Below, piece after piece: positions 1 to 17,877 of a DNA stretch of 64,000 nucleotides. The position numbers and the translations under genes were made by a program. This DNA comes from the human T2T-CHM13v2.0 reference genome, Homo sapiens. The first letter of the stretch is position 1, and every line of letters starts with the position of its first letter. The notes beneath the pieces were generated by a model, which saw only the letters and a list, made by a program, of their open reading frames with translations, made no database searches and had not been told where the DNA came from. Where the stretch lies: assembly GCF_009914755.1 (NCBI RefSeq), contig NC_060931.1; one strand, given 5' to 3'.

Positions 1-377
1 TTGCAGTCCTTGTGGCCCAATCTGCCCCTCAAGCTTACTTAGAGACCTAGATCACTCCGTCTTGCAGTGGCAAGGCTGGCCAGAAGTTCTGGCCTCTGGG
101 ATAGGCAATTCCCTTCTGGCTAGGGCCAATTCAAATGCTCCCTCCATGGACAGATGTCAGCTGAATTTCACCTGGTTCTGCTTTCTGCTGTGACAGGGCA
201 GCACGGAGTTCAATGCAAAGCTTCACACCTGCTGTGCCCTCCCTCAAGCACACAGATACTCTATGCCATGTGGCTGTTGCCAAGGCATGGGGAGGGGTAT
301 AGGCTTCTATTCAGCCACGTTGCTCCATCCCTTCCCCTTCCCTTTTCTAAGCTAATAAGTCATTACATAAATTAGTC

Positions 378-680
378 TTTTTTTTTTTTTTTGATGGAGT
401 CTCGCTCTGTCACCCAGGCTGGAGTTCAGTAGTGCCATCTTGGCTCACTGCAGCCTCCGCCTCCCAGGTTCAAGCAATTCTCTTGCCTCAGCCTCCTGAG
501 TAGCTGGGATTACAGGTGCATGCCACAATGCCCAGCTAATTTTTGTATTTTTAGTAGAGACAGGATTCCACCATGTTGGCCAGGCTGGTCTCCAACTCCT
601 GACCTCAAGTGATCCACCCGCCTTGGCCTCCCAAAGTGCTAGTATTACAGGCTCTCAAAAATGAGCTACCATGCCCAGCC
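378..680 (-). mobile_element. AluS
   Basis: Poly(T) plus a reverse-oriented Alu dimer; TSD TAAATTAGT at 368-376 and 681-689. Confidence 0.93.
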
Positions 681-1181
681 TAAATTAGTGTTTTTAAATT
701 ATGTACAAAACAAAACGTGGAGTTACAAACTAAAGTTACAATAATACTAGCTTTTAGACTCATAATTTTTTAAGTGTATTAATCCCTTTAATCATGTAGA
801 GAACAAAAAGTGGAGTTACAAACTGTTGTTACTAACTTACACTAGCTTTTATTAACTGCCCATGTAGCTTTATTAAGGTCTTTTTTTTTTCATACAGCTT
901 TGAATTCCTATCTAGTGTTCTTTTGTTTCACCTTGCAGGGCTCCCTTAAGCATTTCTTGCAGAGCAGATCTGGTGGTAATGAACTCTATCAGATTTTCTT
1001 TGTCTGAAAATGTCTTAATTTCTTCATCACATTTGAAGGACAGTTTATTGAATGAATATAGGATGGTTGACAGTATTGTTTTTAGCACTTTGAATATATC
1101 GGTCCAGTGCCTTTCTCTTAACAGACATATTTGAAAAATAAAGAGATATTTGAAAGTAATAGGATAGAAAAATTAACCAAG

Positions 1182-1584
1182 TGATGTAGTTTGGATGTTG
1201 TTCTCTCTAAATCTCATGTTGAAATGTAATCCTTAATGTTGGAGGTGGGGCCTGGTGGCATGTGTTTAAACTATGAGGGCAGATCTCTTGTGGCTTTGTG
1301 CTTTCCTTACGATAGTGAGTGAGCTCTCATGAGACCTGGATGTTTAAAAGTGTAGTGCATCTCTCCTCCCCTCTCTCTCTTGCTCCGGCTCTTGCCATGT
1401 GAGTTGCCTGATCCCCCTTCACTTCCCATCATGACTGTAAACTTCCTGAGGTCTCACCAGAAGCAGATGCTGTCGCCATGCTTCCTGTATAGCTTGCAAA
1501 ACCATGAGCCAATTAAACCTCTTTTCTTATAAATTATCCAGCCTCAGATATTTGTTTATAGCAATGCAAGAACGACCTAACACA
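1182..1584 (+). mobile_element. MaLR solo LTR (MSTA/MSTB-like), inserted in an old L1
   Basis: TGATGTAGTTTGGATG...CCTAACACA; 5-bp TSD CCAAG at 1177-1181 and 1585-1589. Confidence 0.85.
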
Positions 1585-1589
1585 CCAAG

Positions 1590-4500
1590 AAAACGAAAAG
1601 CATATGAATGCTAGAGTGACTATTTTAATATCAAAGTGAACTTCAAGGCAAGTATTATAAGATATAAAGTATTATGAGAGATAAAGTTAATTTTAAAGTA
1701 TTTTATAATTCTAAAATTATAAAAGGGTAAATTCATCAAATACACATAACAATTATAAACATGTAAGAATTTAATATCAGAGCTTCAAAAAGGATGAAGC
1801 AAACACTGACAGGACTACAGAGAGAAGTAGACACATCCATAATTGTGGCAAAAGATTTTTACACTTCTTTCTTATTATTTGAGATTAAAATGAGACAAAA
1901 AGTCAGTAAGAATGTAGAAGATCTAAGTAACACTATCAAGCACCTTGACCTAATTGATAGTTATGGGGCACTACATTCAACAACAGCATATCTTTTTCAA
2001 ATACACATGAATTATTCACAAAGATAGACAATATGCTGGGCCATAAAGTAAGTCTCGATAAATTTCAAAAGATTGAAATATTACAGAATATGTTTTCTGA
2101 TGGCAATGGAATTAAATTAGAAATTCAATAAGATATCTAGTGAAGTCTAAAATTCTTGGAAATTAAACAGTGCAATTCTACATAAAACATTGGTTAAACC
2201 ACAAATATAAAGTATAATTAGATAAAAGTTCAAGTTGAATAAAAATGAAAATGTAACATATCAAAATTTGTGTGATGCAGCAAAGAAGTGTTGAGCAGGA
2301 AACTTAAAGCTTAAATGTTTATATTAGAACAAAAAAAGGTTAAAATATTGATCAAATTCTCTGCCTTAAGAAGCTAAAACAGGAAGAGAAATTAAACCAA
2401 AGAAAGAAGAAAAGAAATAATAAATAATAAAACATAAATAGGAAATAAAAGAGAAAATCAGATGAAACCAAATGATGATTCCTTGTAAACATCAATAAGT
2501 TGATGAATCACTAGCTAGAACAATAAATAAAAAGAGACAACAAAGTAATCAAAACTGAGAATGAGGGAATAGAAAGCCAGATACTACAGACATTAAAATG
2601 TTAATAAAGGGACATTCTGATCAAATTTATGGCAAAAAGTTAAAAACTTAGATAAAATGGACAAACTCCTTAAAAAATGAAACCAAATTAGACACAAGAA
2701 GAAATAGAAAATCTTAATAGTACTATATCTATTAAATAGGTTGTAATTATTTTAAAAAAAGCAAACCTTCATGAATTAAAAACTTCAGGTCCAAATGGTT
2801 TCTCTCATGAATCATATCAAATATTTAGAGAAGAAATAATACCAATCTTACACAAAGTTTTAAGATAATAAAGATGGCGGAAATGTTTTCTAACTCATTT
2901 CATTAGGCCAGAATAACCTTGTCACCAAATCTTGACAAAGATATGTAATTAAAAAAAAATAAAAATAGAGGTTGGTATTCCACATAAACATATATACAAA
3001 GATCCTTGACAATATATTAGCAAATAAAGTAGTGCAACATATAAAGAGAATAATACACTATGACTAAGTGGGGCTTATACCAGGAATGCAGAATTTATTT
3101 AACATTCAAAGATTAATCAGTGTAATTTACCATGTTAATGAAATGGAGAAGAAAAACTGTAGGATCATCTCAATAAATACAAAAAAATTTTAAAATAAAA
3201 TTCAATACTCATTAATGGTAAAAATTGTTAGCAAAGTAGGAATTAAAATGGGCTTTTTACAGCTGATAAAGGGAATCTAAAAATGATCTACAGTTAACTA
3301 TACCCAGGGATGAAATAGTGAATATTTTCTTCCTAAAAACAGGAACAAGGCCGGAATGTGTACTCACATTAAATCTAATCAGCACTACACTGGAGATCCT
3401 AGCCAGTGAAATAAATTTTAAAAAAATAAATAAAGGGCATACATATGGAGAAAGAAGAAATAAAATTGTCTTTATTTGCTGATGACTAAGTATAAAATTT
3501 CAAAGAATCTTCAAACAGCTACTAGAACCAATATATTAATTCGGTATATTTGTAAGATAATGGTTAACATACAAAAATCAATTGTATTTTTATATGCTGG
3601 TAGCAAATAAAAATGTAAACAACTCTATATACAATAACATTATTAAATATTAAATACATAAGAATAATTTTACCAAAAGACCTTTACACTAAAAATTACA
3701 AAACATTGTTGAGATAAATTAAGGACAAAAAATAAAGAGATATGTTTATAGATTTTCAGATGGAATATTTTTGAATATTTAAAAACTTGCTAGTAGTCTA
3801 CCATAATCAAAAAGTGAGGTATTGGTTAAAGGCTGGACAAATAGATCACTGGAATGCAATATAGAAACCAGAAAAAGATTCATGCATATATAGTCGTATG
3901 ATTTTCAACAAGAGTTCAAGTCAATTTGAAAATAAAAATCTTCAGTGAATGATATTGGAATACTTAGATAGACATATAAAAACAGTGAAGTTCAGCCCTA
4001 CTTAATACTACAAAAAAAATTAATTCAAGATCAATTATAGTCCCAAACATCAAAGTAAAAACTATGAAAATTCTAGAGAAAATCATAGAAACTGTTTTTG
4101 CATGTCAGAGGCAGGCAGATATTTTTTATAGCAGACACAAAAAGCACAAACATTGTAGAAAAAAATGACATTAGATTTTATTAAAAGTCATCATTTCTGC
4201 TTATCAGCGCACTATTAAAAAATAAAAAGGAAAACCACAGTCTGGGTCAAAATATTCACAATGCATATATCAGACAAAGGACTTGTATCCAGAGTGTATA
4301 TGTTATATATATATATATTTTTCACATACATATATACATATATGTATGTATATATACATGCACATAAATCAATAAATTTCTACAAATCAATAATAAAAAG
4401 ACAATATAAAACAGTTGTGTATATATAGGAGTTGGATAAGAATACATATATGTATATTATCACACATACACAAATGCTACAAATCAATAAACTTATAAAT

Positions 4501-5030
4501 CAATAATAAAAAGATAACTCAATATTAAAATGGGCAAACAAATAGTTACTTTATAATAGAAAAAATACAAATAGCCAAGAAGCACACAAAATTGTTCTCC
4601 ATATCATCAGTTAGAAGACAAATGCAAATGGAAACCACAATGAGATACCATTTCATCCCCACTAGAATGGCCAAAATCAAAAAGACTGACAACACCAAAT
4701 GTTGGTGGGAATGTGGAACAGCTCTCCTACATTATTGAGGGGAGCATAAAATGTCAGAATCACTCTGGAAAACTCTTTAACAGTTTTTATAAAGTTAAAT
4801 GAATATAAATTTTTTAACACAGTAATTTCACTCCTAGGTATTTACCTGAGAAATGAACCTATGCCTACAAAGAAATGGATTCAAGAATGTGTATAGAAAC
4901 TTTATTCATAGTAGCCCCACACTGTAGGCAATGGAAAATGTTCAGCAATAGTGAGTAGGTAAGCAAGCAGTGACTCATATAATATTATGGGTGAATCTCA
5001 GAAACATAATGTTAAAAATAAAGCCATACA
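1590..5030 (+). mobile_element. Old, highly decayed L1M ORF2/3' region
   Basis: A-rich sequence with recognisable ORF2 remnants (ORF 1794-2027 resembles the EN domain; GGAAACCACAATGAGATACCA near 4630). There are many stops. Confidence 0.8.
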
Positions 5031-5081
5031 AATAAACATATGAAAAGATGCTCCACCTCTACACCAACAGGGCATCTAGAA

Positions 5082-5250
5082 GAGTGGATCTCAACATTGG
5101 CTGCACCCCGAAATCACCTGAGGAGCATTAAAGAATAAAAGCCTCATTTCATCTCAAGAGATTTGATTTGATTGGTTGTATTTGGCCTGGACATTGAGAT
5201 TTTTAAAAAGCCCCTTAGATAATTTCAATGTGCAGCCAAGAGCGAGGACC
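5082..5250. mobile_element. MER5-family hAT DNA transposon remnant
   Basis: GGATCTCAACATTGGCTGCAC...AATCACCTG...AATGTGCAGCCAAG pattern with internal inverted symmetry. Confidence 0.65.
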
Positions 5251-6420
5251 TAGGTCTTTAAGGGAATCCTGGGACAACTTCAGTGTCCACCAAGGAAAGG
5301 AAGCCAGATGAAGTTGCAAATTTTGTAGCCACTGCAGGTGAAGAAATGGCTAATTTTTGGAGGAAAACTGAGGTGAAGATCTGGATCTATTAAGACCAAG
5401 TGCCTGAGAGGAGGAAACAGTTCTCTGGCCCCACAGCTGGCAGAACTAAGAGCCTTGGTGGTGAGCTGCTACAACTGTGAAGCCTGTGAACCACGAAGCC
5501 TATCAAGATTTAAATGTCTGGTATACCTTGTTTTCTCCTGAGTCTTTCAGTACCTGATTTGAGGAAAGCCTTCCTGGCTGGGTTCCTGTGCAGGAATACA
5601 GACAATGCCAAATCTCTACAAATTTACCTTTCAGCTAGGTGATTTTGGTAGGGTCTCCAACCAGAGAGACCAATACTTGGTACCAGGCAAAGCACCATCT
5701 TCAAAGGCAAATTGGGCATAGCCAGAAAGCCCACACAGGGCACCTACTGGCATCCAGGTCACCTACTGAGCAAATATCTGCTTCTCTTCCATCATTATAG
5801 AGTAGGTAAAAGTGCATTTCTGGATCAGTGTATTTTCAGACAAAACGACCCCTATCCTCTCGTGCCTCTTGAAGTTGAAGTTATGTGGTACCTCTTGAAG
5901 CTGGAATTATGACATAATTATCATTCCAAGTTTGTCTTTGTTTCCATGAAAATTGCGAAGTTTGAAGAGGATTATATCCTTATTGTAGTAGTGAATATTT
6001 CCAAAAATGATGCTAGCACAAGTTCCGAGAAAGAGGTTTAACAGTCATGTTAAAAGCCAAACATATTATCTTGGGATTTAGATATTATTTCAGAAGAGAT
6101 GATTTCTCATGGTTTGATTTATACCAATAATAAGCTATAGTATATAAAGGATTTACACCAAATACTTAATTATTTTGTTCATTTTATCAAAACAAACCTA
6201 GGGTACCAACATTATTCTTGCCTAGGCCATGTATAGTGCTTAATTATTTTATTCATCTATAAGTGAGTTCATTGATACAAAGTGGAGAGACTTTCAATTG
6301 TGTTTTATAGAAGAAATTGGAAGGCTTTGTGAGGAATCAGAGTTGTATTCCTGAAGAATCAGAGGCATATTTATGAAGACTCACAGGCGTATTAATGAAG
6401 AGCTCATTTCATGTCCATTC

Positions 6421-7422
6421 TCAGCACAGTGTCCGGGAATCTGCCTTGTGGTCGGCTCTTACCTTCAGGCTGCTCTGAGCCCAGAGCAGAATGGTCATCA
6501 CAGCTCTCCTCAACTTGGCATTGCCTGAGATCAGGATGGCTGCATGCCCAGAGGGACAAGCTGCCATTATCCCAACACAAACCATCACCCCTATTTTGTC
6601 GCGCCACAGAATCAGTAGGGGCACAGAGATGAAGGCAACACAGGATGATATCACAAAGAAGCAGAAAAAGGAGACAAGAGACTTGAGGGCTTTAATGTGG
6701 GCCTCCAGGCTGGGGTCACGAGAGTTTCTGGTATAGACCTTCATTGTCCTCATGTGCCTTCCCAGGGAGACAGTCAGCATCCCAGAAGAAACCAGAAACA
6801 ATAGGAAAGGAGGCACAGACCACAGATAGCAGAAGAGAAAGGAATAAAATAAATTGAGATCTTTAATCTGCCAGTTGAGCCTTGTATTGTTATTCATGAA
6901 TAGCACAGTTGTGACTGTGAAGTGAGGTCTGCTAAAAAAGCACCAAACACAGAGGACAGTGCAGATGCAGGAGCAAAGAATAATACCCAGGAGCATCTGG
7001 GAGATCTTCCTGGAGACCCAGCTTGCCAAGCAGATCAGGAAGGTGTGAGAGAAACGGATGAGCTTGGAGCAGTAAAGCAGGCTGAGGCAGGCAGCAAGCC
7101 AGAGGTTGGCTTGGTTTGCAATCATCCATAGCATGATGATGGCTTGGTAGCTGTGGTTCAGTGGTTCACTCAACTTCTGGAAGTGGGTAAGCTGGATAGC
7201 ACTCAGGAACAGCAGTCCATGCAGGAAAAGCCGGCTGATGCTGAGACACAGCAGCACACAATCACTGTTGCTCAGTGCCTGCCTCTTCACTACATCCCAA
7301 AAATTCACCAAGAAAACGAAGGCATTGGTCAGAAACCCCACTGCAAACTCCAGGACTGAAATGAACAGAAATGTACTCCTGACTTCATAGGACACAGTGC
7401 GGATGCGAGTTAGAGTCAACAT
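6421..7422 (-). CDS. TAS2R38: Taste receptor type 2 member 38 (PTC/PROP bitter receptor), intronless, 333 aa, AVI haplotype
   Basis: Intact 333-aa ORF ([18 protein letters not shown]...ADSRTLC) with 7 hydrophobic segments and TAS2R motifs ([28 protein letters not shown]). Codon 49 is GCA (7276-7278), codon 262 is GTT (6637-6639), codon 296 is ATC (6535-6537). Confidence 0.99.
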   Translation of the reverse strand: MLTLTRIRTVSYEVRSTFLFISVLEFAVGFLTNAFVFLVNFWDVVKRQALSNSDCVLLCLSISRLFLHGLLFLSAIQLTHFQKLSEPLNHSYQAIIMLWMIANQANLWLAACLSLLYCSKLIRFSHTFLICLASWVSRKISQMLLGIILCSCICTVLCVWCFFSRPHFTVTTVLFMNNNTRLNWQIKDLNLFYSFLFCYLWSVPPFLLFLVSSGMLTVSLGRHMRTMKVYTRNSRDPSLEAHIKALKSLVSFFCFFVISSCVAFISVPLLILWRDKIGVMVCVGIMAACPSGHAAILISGNAKLRRAVMTILLWAQSSLKVRADHKADSRTLC

Positions 7423-8179
7423 GATGTCACTTCTCTAATTGGCTATTCTACTTCTCTTCTCTAGTTGGCTAATCTAAAGACCTGGTTGCCACCCAGTGCA
7501 GAAAGGTAAATGTACGTTCCAAGCCAGGACCTTTCCTTCACAAAGCATCCAGCTCTTTGCCTAGATCTATCCCAAAGCGAGCGCATAAAAAGTTCTGGCA
7601 GGAAACTTAGAGGGATGTTGTTTCTCTAGAACATCTCTTGGATACACGTAAGAGCTTATCATAGGGTGGAAGACTGATGGTTCTACCTCTTGGGTGATGC
7701 AAGATTAATAAATCCAGGTGTTCCTGTACAACCGCCTTCCCAGAAGGCCATAGCACAGCATCACGGATGCAAACAAAACAGGGCCTCAATTTCCCCAATC
7801 CAGTTTTGCATGCCCATCTGGACCTGTGGGGGTGGCGAAGAGAACAGGATTTGCTTATGGGTTTTGAGGCACCCTGCAGCAGGCAAAGCAGATATTCTTG
7901 GTGATCTAAGGTTTGAAATAGAGTCTCTTTTCATTTGCATTCCTTCTCTCATCTGTGAAGTAATGACTCTTATCACAGACTGTGTTTTTAATATAGATAA
8001 ATGCATGGTTCCTTTCCATGTGTCAGTGTATGATTGCAGTTTTATTTGCTGTTGCCAAAGGTTTCATGCAATCATCATTATTATGCCAGGCACTGTGCCT
8101 GGCAAGGAGAATATTAACATGAACAAGACTAGCACGCTGTCATGAAGGGAGAGGAAAGGGGGCATAGCTGGTTTGGATT

Positions 8180-8421
8180 ATTATTATGTTTATTTTTTAA
8201 TTAGTATAAGTTCTGGGGTACATGTGCAGAACATGCAGGCTTGTTACATAGGCATACACCTGCCATGGTGGTTCGCTGCACCCATCAACCCGTTATCTAT
8301 ATTAGGTATTTCTCCTAATGGTCTCCTTCCCCTTGCCCCCTACCCCCTGACAGGCCCTGGTGTTTGATGTTCCCCTCCCTGTGTCCATGTGTTCTCATTG
8401 TTCAACTGCCACTTATGAGTG
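8180..8421 (-). mobile_element. 5'-truncated L1PA 3' UTR fragment
   Basis: GGGTACATGTGCAGAACATGCAGG...CATTGTTCAACTGCCACTTATGAGTGA is the reverse of an L1 3' end. Confidence 0.85.
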
Positions 8422-8760
8422 AATTTCCCCCGATAAATCCTTTAAGAGTTATTGGTGCTGCCCCATTGGTGTTTTTCGATACTTTCTCTTTGTATTTTTT
8501 ATGTTTTCTTTTGACTAAAGCTCCTTTTTTATTATTAGTAGTGACATAAGTCAGTGATTACTAAAGATGTTCACTTTTGTTTTATTCTGAACTGTTCATA
8601 CGCAGATATTTATGTAGTCCTTATTTGTGCATCATGATGTAGCAGTTGTATTTAATTAATTGTGTTTGTGACCACTTCATTTGGGTCATTCATGCTTACA
8701 GAGTGTCAAACACAGAATTCTGCACTTTCAACTTAAGCTAATTTTCTCCTTGTCTTCACC

Positions 8761-8775
8761 ACACCAGGTGGCGGT
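8761..8775 (+). promoter_or_regulatory. CTCF-like core motif
   Basis: ACACCAGGTGGCGGT, a close match to CCASYAGRKGGCRSY. Confidence 0.5.
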
Positions 8776-10150
8776 GTTGCACTAAAGGTGTTTAGAAAAG
8801 ATGTTTGCCTCCCTAAAAAGTCTAGGTAGAAACTTGCTCTACTGCACAAGCAGAGATATATAACTATACAGTTAGAACCATTTATATCAAGATTATAATC
8901 TTTTATTAAAAAATAAAGTTCTTTATGTTATTTCTTGGAACACCAGATCCAATCTTAATTTTTCAATAATCAAGGGCTCTTTCAGAGAAAGGTAACACAA
9001 ACCTTCATTGATACACCCCCTCCATTTGACTTATGTACACACAGTGTTTGGGATTATCTAAGTAATCTCCTTTGCAGATAGTCCTTAGCTATTGGCTATT
9101 TTTTGAAAAATGGTTTACTCAGGAAGCTAAAAACAGTAAAGTCAACTGCAATGCCAGTAAGAGCAGTGGTAGGAACACAAAAGCTCCTTATTTGTTATTA
9201 GTAGTGATATAAGTCAGTGACTACATCTTTATCAGATGTAATTAAAAAAATCTTAGTCCCTGGATTTTGCAACTAAACAGATGTTAAAAATTCTTAACCT
9301 ATATAAATTGGTGTTTCGACTTTTGCTGCCATTTATTTTTGGAGATTGGAATTACATTCTTTGGATTGATTTTTAAAAATTGGTCTTTGTTAGCTTGACA
9401 GAAGAACACTATTATTAGTAATATCAAACCTCATTCCCTTAAAATACCTTGCTTAGATGTTTCCAATGACTAGAGAAATGGACATACCAATATATGTTTA
9501 TTAAGAGCAAAATATATTCCACCTGTTGTAATGGGCATTGAGGACACACTGGTAAACAAAGGCGTATTAGAGGAACTGAAAGAGCACAGCCTTAAAGCCA
9601 TAAAGCTTAAAGTAAGCCATACCTTACTTTAGAGGAAAAACACCACTAGATGACTTCAGATAGCGGAGTGAACTGAAAGAAACAATGTTGGGGGAGAGAC
9701 AACGGACAGGAAACATACAATTGGGGTAGTGTCAATAGGAAACACTGGCAGTGGCCATCATCAACAGCACTCAAAACAGATGAAATGGCACCCAGGAAGT
9801 CGATGAGGCAGGAAGGAGCTCGGTGCTTTCACGGGGAGAGGGGAGGCCCGCGTGGCTGGCTTGTAGCCACAGGTGAGGCTGGAGGGCGACTTCTTCCACT
9901 ACCGTGTGATTACAATATAAAGTAACCAGTGATTGGCTATCTCCCATTCTTCCCCCGTGATTGGCTATCTCCTGTTCTCCCCCTGCCGGAATTCCTAGGA
10001 CAGCGAGACAGGTGGGAAACAACAGACCTAGGAGGAGTCTCTGCACCTCCAATCTCCCCAAATAATCGGGCAAAGCAATGGACTCCAGCTTTTCCAGGAA
10101 GCTCCAGCTCCCCAGCAACCGAGTCCTCCCCCATCGCTATTTAACAGCTC

Positions 10151-10165
10151 CCACCAGGTGGCGCC
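10151..10165 (+). promoter_or_regulatory. CTCF core motif
   Basis: CCACCAGGTGGCGCC, a full match to the consensus, in a locally GC/CpG-richer segment. Confidence 0.7.
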
Positions 10166-10998
10166 AGAACACTGCGAGGCCTGGAATTCCTGGCAGGCTC
10201 GCAGTGCATCCTCACCTCAGCCGTTTAAATCTAGCAATAATGGGGTTCCGTATCTCACGCAACTGAAATTTTAGACTCCACTTACTGCGTTATGATAGGC
10301 TGAATTTCCTTGAATCTCACAGTTGCCCTGCGAAGAATGTAGTGATATTTCCATTGTACTGATGAGAAAGTGGTTTCAGGAAAGTTAAATAGTTAAATAT
10401 CTTGGCCAAGGTAAGTAACCTAGTGAGCAGCTGGGATTCCAACCGCAGGTATTCTGATTTCACCTTTGGCGTTTCTTCCTCTGAGCCTAACTCCCAATCT
10501 AGAGTACGGGCTGGAGGAGATACCCTTGCTTTGATAAGACACCTGGTAACATTTTTTTTTTTCCCCAACCTCAGCCCTATCTGAGCTTTTTTCTTACTCT
10601 TTTTTTCTTTTTTTTTTTGCGTGGGCAGGGGGAGTGCAGTTGCCCTTGTGGACTCCCTCAAGATGATAGCTCATTCCATTCCCAGGAGATAGAGAAAAAT
10701 TGAGTCTGGATAGGTTTATATCTCAGGAGGCCACTGTTCTGGTAAGGGAAAGGAATGGGGAAAATTTCGCTAGGCTCGTTGAAAGAACGTGTCGATGTAT
10801 GCAACAGGTTAACATAGCTATTCATAAGTTAGAGCCCTAGAGCATAAAAGGAAATTCTTCAGAATTTTTCAGGTGGATCTGGGATGATGTCTTCCTTTAC
10901 TCCCTTCCTACAGGCTTCCTATATCTTCTTTGCTTCCATTATACTTTGTTCACAGCACTATTGTAGCACTTACCATATGTATTAAAATATGTATTTGT

Positions 10999-11297
<299 letters not shown>

Positions 11298-11471
11298 TTA
11301 CATGGGTATCCTCAATTATATTGAGTTCTTCAAGAGTAGGGATTATGTATTGTTCTTTTTTTTTACTCCTTATTGTATATGACAAGTAATTAGATTTTTG
11401 TTGGTTTATTTGGCCATTCACTTTAAATCCAAAGTAATGGTTTGACCAACCTTGCTTTCTTATGAATATAG

Positions 11472-11852
<381 letters not shown>

Positions 11853-13240
11853 TGAAGATCAAAGGCTGAATGTCTTTGTAACCCATTATGTAGCCATTCA
11901 GGACAGCACTCATCCTAAGAGAAGAAAAAATTAGGTAGTGAAATCATTCATTAACAAAACTGTAGGCACCAAAGTGTAGGCAGGCTCTTGTTCGGGGGAC
12001 ATGGTGTTTGCTATGAGGGCTTGTCCTCTGTTCCAGTCTGATGGATTTCAGTCTGAATCCAAAGAACAGTTTATTAAGTAAGCCCTTTTGGCTGCAAGCA
12101 GTAAAGATTCATTCAGGTGAGCTCCAGTAATATGGATTTTTATAGGCTATATCAATAGTTCTCAAGGCTTAAGGTGCCCCACACTAGGGAGATCAGGATC
12201 ACCAGGGGACTTGCTAGAAATGCAAGACTGCTGACCTATGGAATAAAAACCTCTGAAGGTGTTCATGACTGTGTTCTAACAAGTCATTCAGGTGATTCTG
12301 ACGCACACTCATGTTTGACAACTACTGGGGCATAAGAGAGAAAGATTTTCCAGGACTTCAGCAATGAGCCATACTTCACAGAGATTAAACATCACTTGGG
12401 TGCTGAAACTTTATTCAGAATCCATGTTGGGGTGTTTTTTTAGCAGTAGGAGTTAATTGCCATTCACTTGAATGCTCCACTGTAAGTGATATTCAGACTC
12501 TTGTTAGAAAAGAAGGCCTTTGATGGTTTAGATGGTATAGTGCCAAGAGTCCCAGGAATTCCCAAATCCAGCTCTGCCATTTATTCCTGTTACCTGAGAA
12601 GAACAGTGAAAGGGGGTATAATGTGGGTATTACTCTTTTAAATGTGACAGCAGCACCCAACAGCTCTCGCTGCAGAGCCCTGGTACCAGTTGGGTTTAAG
12701 CAAGCAGCAGGCCTAGGTAGAATCCACACACCCAATTTGCCATTCTTTCCAGGGTAGTTACTACCAATCGCCTATGTGGTATTCTCGCCATTATCAGCGG
12801 AACTTCTGTGTTTGTTAGGCATGTCAGTATTCCCAATTTAAAAGAACTACAAATCTCATCCTTCTTTCAGATAGGAATGTCCAAATGACACAAGAAAAAG
12901 TAATTGGATGGAATTTCTTAGAAAGCCCTTGTTGCATTTCCCTTTTTCTGTGCCTGAACTTGAGTGTTATTGTTGGACTCTAACCATGGGGCAAAAGCCA
13001 AGAGAATCTCAAAGGCTTCACTCTGAAATCTTGATGGCTGAAACCACACCAGCAACTACTCTTTTCCAGCCTTCTCATTATGTGATAATGGGAAATTCTT
13101 ATGTCCTTAAGCCACAATGCTTGGAACATTATTATTGGAAGCCGAATGCAATTACTAACTTATCCAATATGAAACTTACACCTTGGGACCAGAATGCGCA
13201 AGAGTGGAGAGAGGGAGAGAAGAAATGGGAGCGGGAGAGA

Positions 13241-13253
13241 CACACACACACAT

Positions 13254-13304
<51 letters not shown>
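13241..13304. repeat. Compound (CA)n(GA)n microsatellite
   Basis: About 12 CA units followed by about 20 GA units. Confidence 0.97.
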
Positions 13305-13307
<3 letters not shown>

Positions 13308-14038
13308 CTTACCCACTTATTTGGAGAAAGAGAGAAAGAGGAGATAACTTGCCTGCATGAAGGATCTTGGATCTAATTGCCCATCTAAGCATGAGAAGCC
13401 AAGGGTGAAATGGAGAGAAGGGCAGCCTGCTTCCTGTCTAGGTTTGCTTGTCAAGAAGAGGCAGGAAACAAGAAGTACAATAGAGGAAACCAAAGAAAAG
13501 ATGTCTTTACTTCCTACATTTTAAGGCATATTGTTTTTGCCCACACGTATTTGTTAAAGGGAGGTTGGCAGAGTGGTACCGGTGTGAGGACATGTGGTTA
13601 AAGATTCTCTCACACAGTTTTTATTTCAGTTTCTCTATTTTTTCATTTTGTTCTTGCTACTAATTGATCTTGCTAGCAATTCTTTCTGTGTCTTACACTG
13701 AGAAAGAGAATCTGAGTGGTTGAGTGGTGACAGAGTGGGATGCTTCCTGAGCTGTAGGCCAATTTAAGGATTGGCTGTCTTTGGGTTAGGTGCCCATCCC
13801 TGGTCCCAGCATCTTTTTTTTTTTTCTTTTATTATTATACTTTAAGTTTTAGGGTACATGTGCACATTGTGCAGGTTAGTTACATATGTATACATGTGCC
13901 ATGCTGGTGCGCTGCACCCACTAACTCATCATCTAGCATTAGGCATATCTCCCAATGCTATCCCTCTCCCCTCCCCCCACCCCACAACAGTCCCCAGAGT
14001 GTGATGTTCCCCTTCCTGTGTCCATGTGATCTCACTGT

Positions 14039-17877
<3,839 letters not shown>

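Noticed and set aside
651-662. Small TCTCAAAA insertion in the first Alu
   Set aside because: An isolated micro-insertion with no functional implication.
6404-7359. Several short ORFs overlapping TAS2R38 on both strands
   Set aside because: Shadow frames of the real CDS; no independent coding features.
7690-8145. 151-aa plus-strand ORF divergent from TAS2R38
   Set aside because: Starts at TTG; no recognisable domain or splice context; a length expected by chance.
12908-13360. 150-aa ORF with HT/ER repeats
   Set aside because: Kept open by the (CA)n(GA)n microsatellite and LTR-like sequence.
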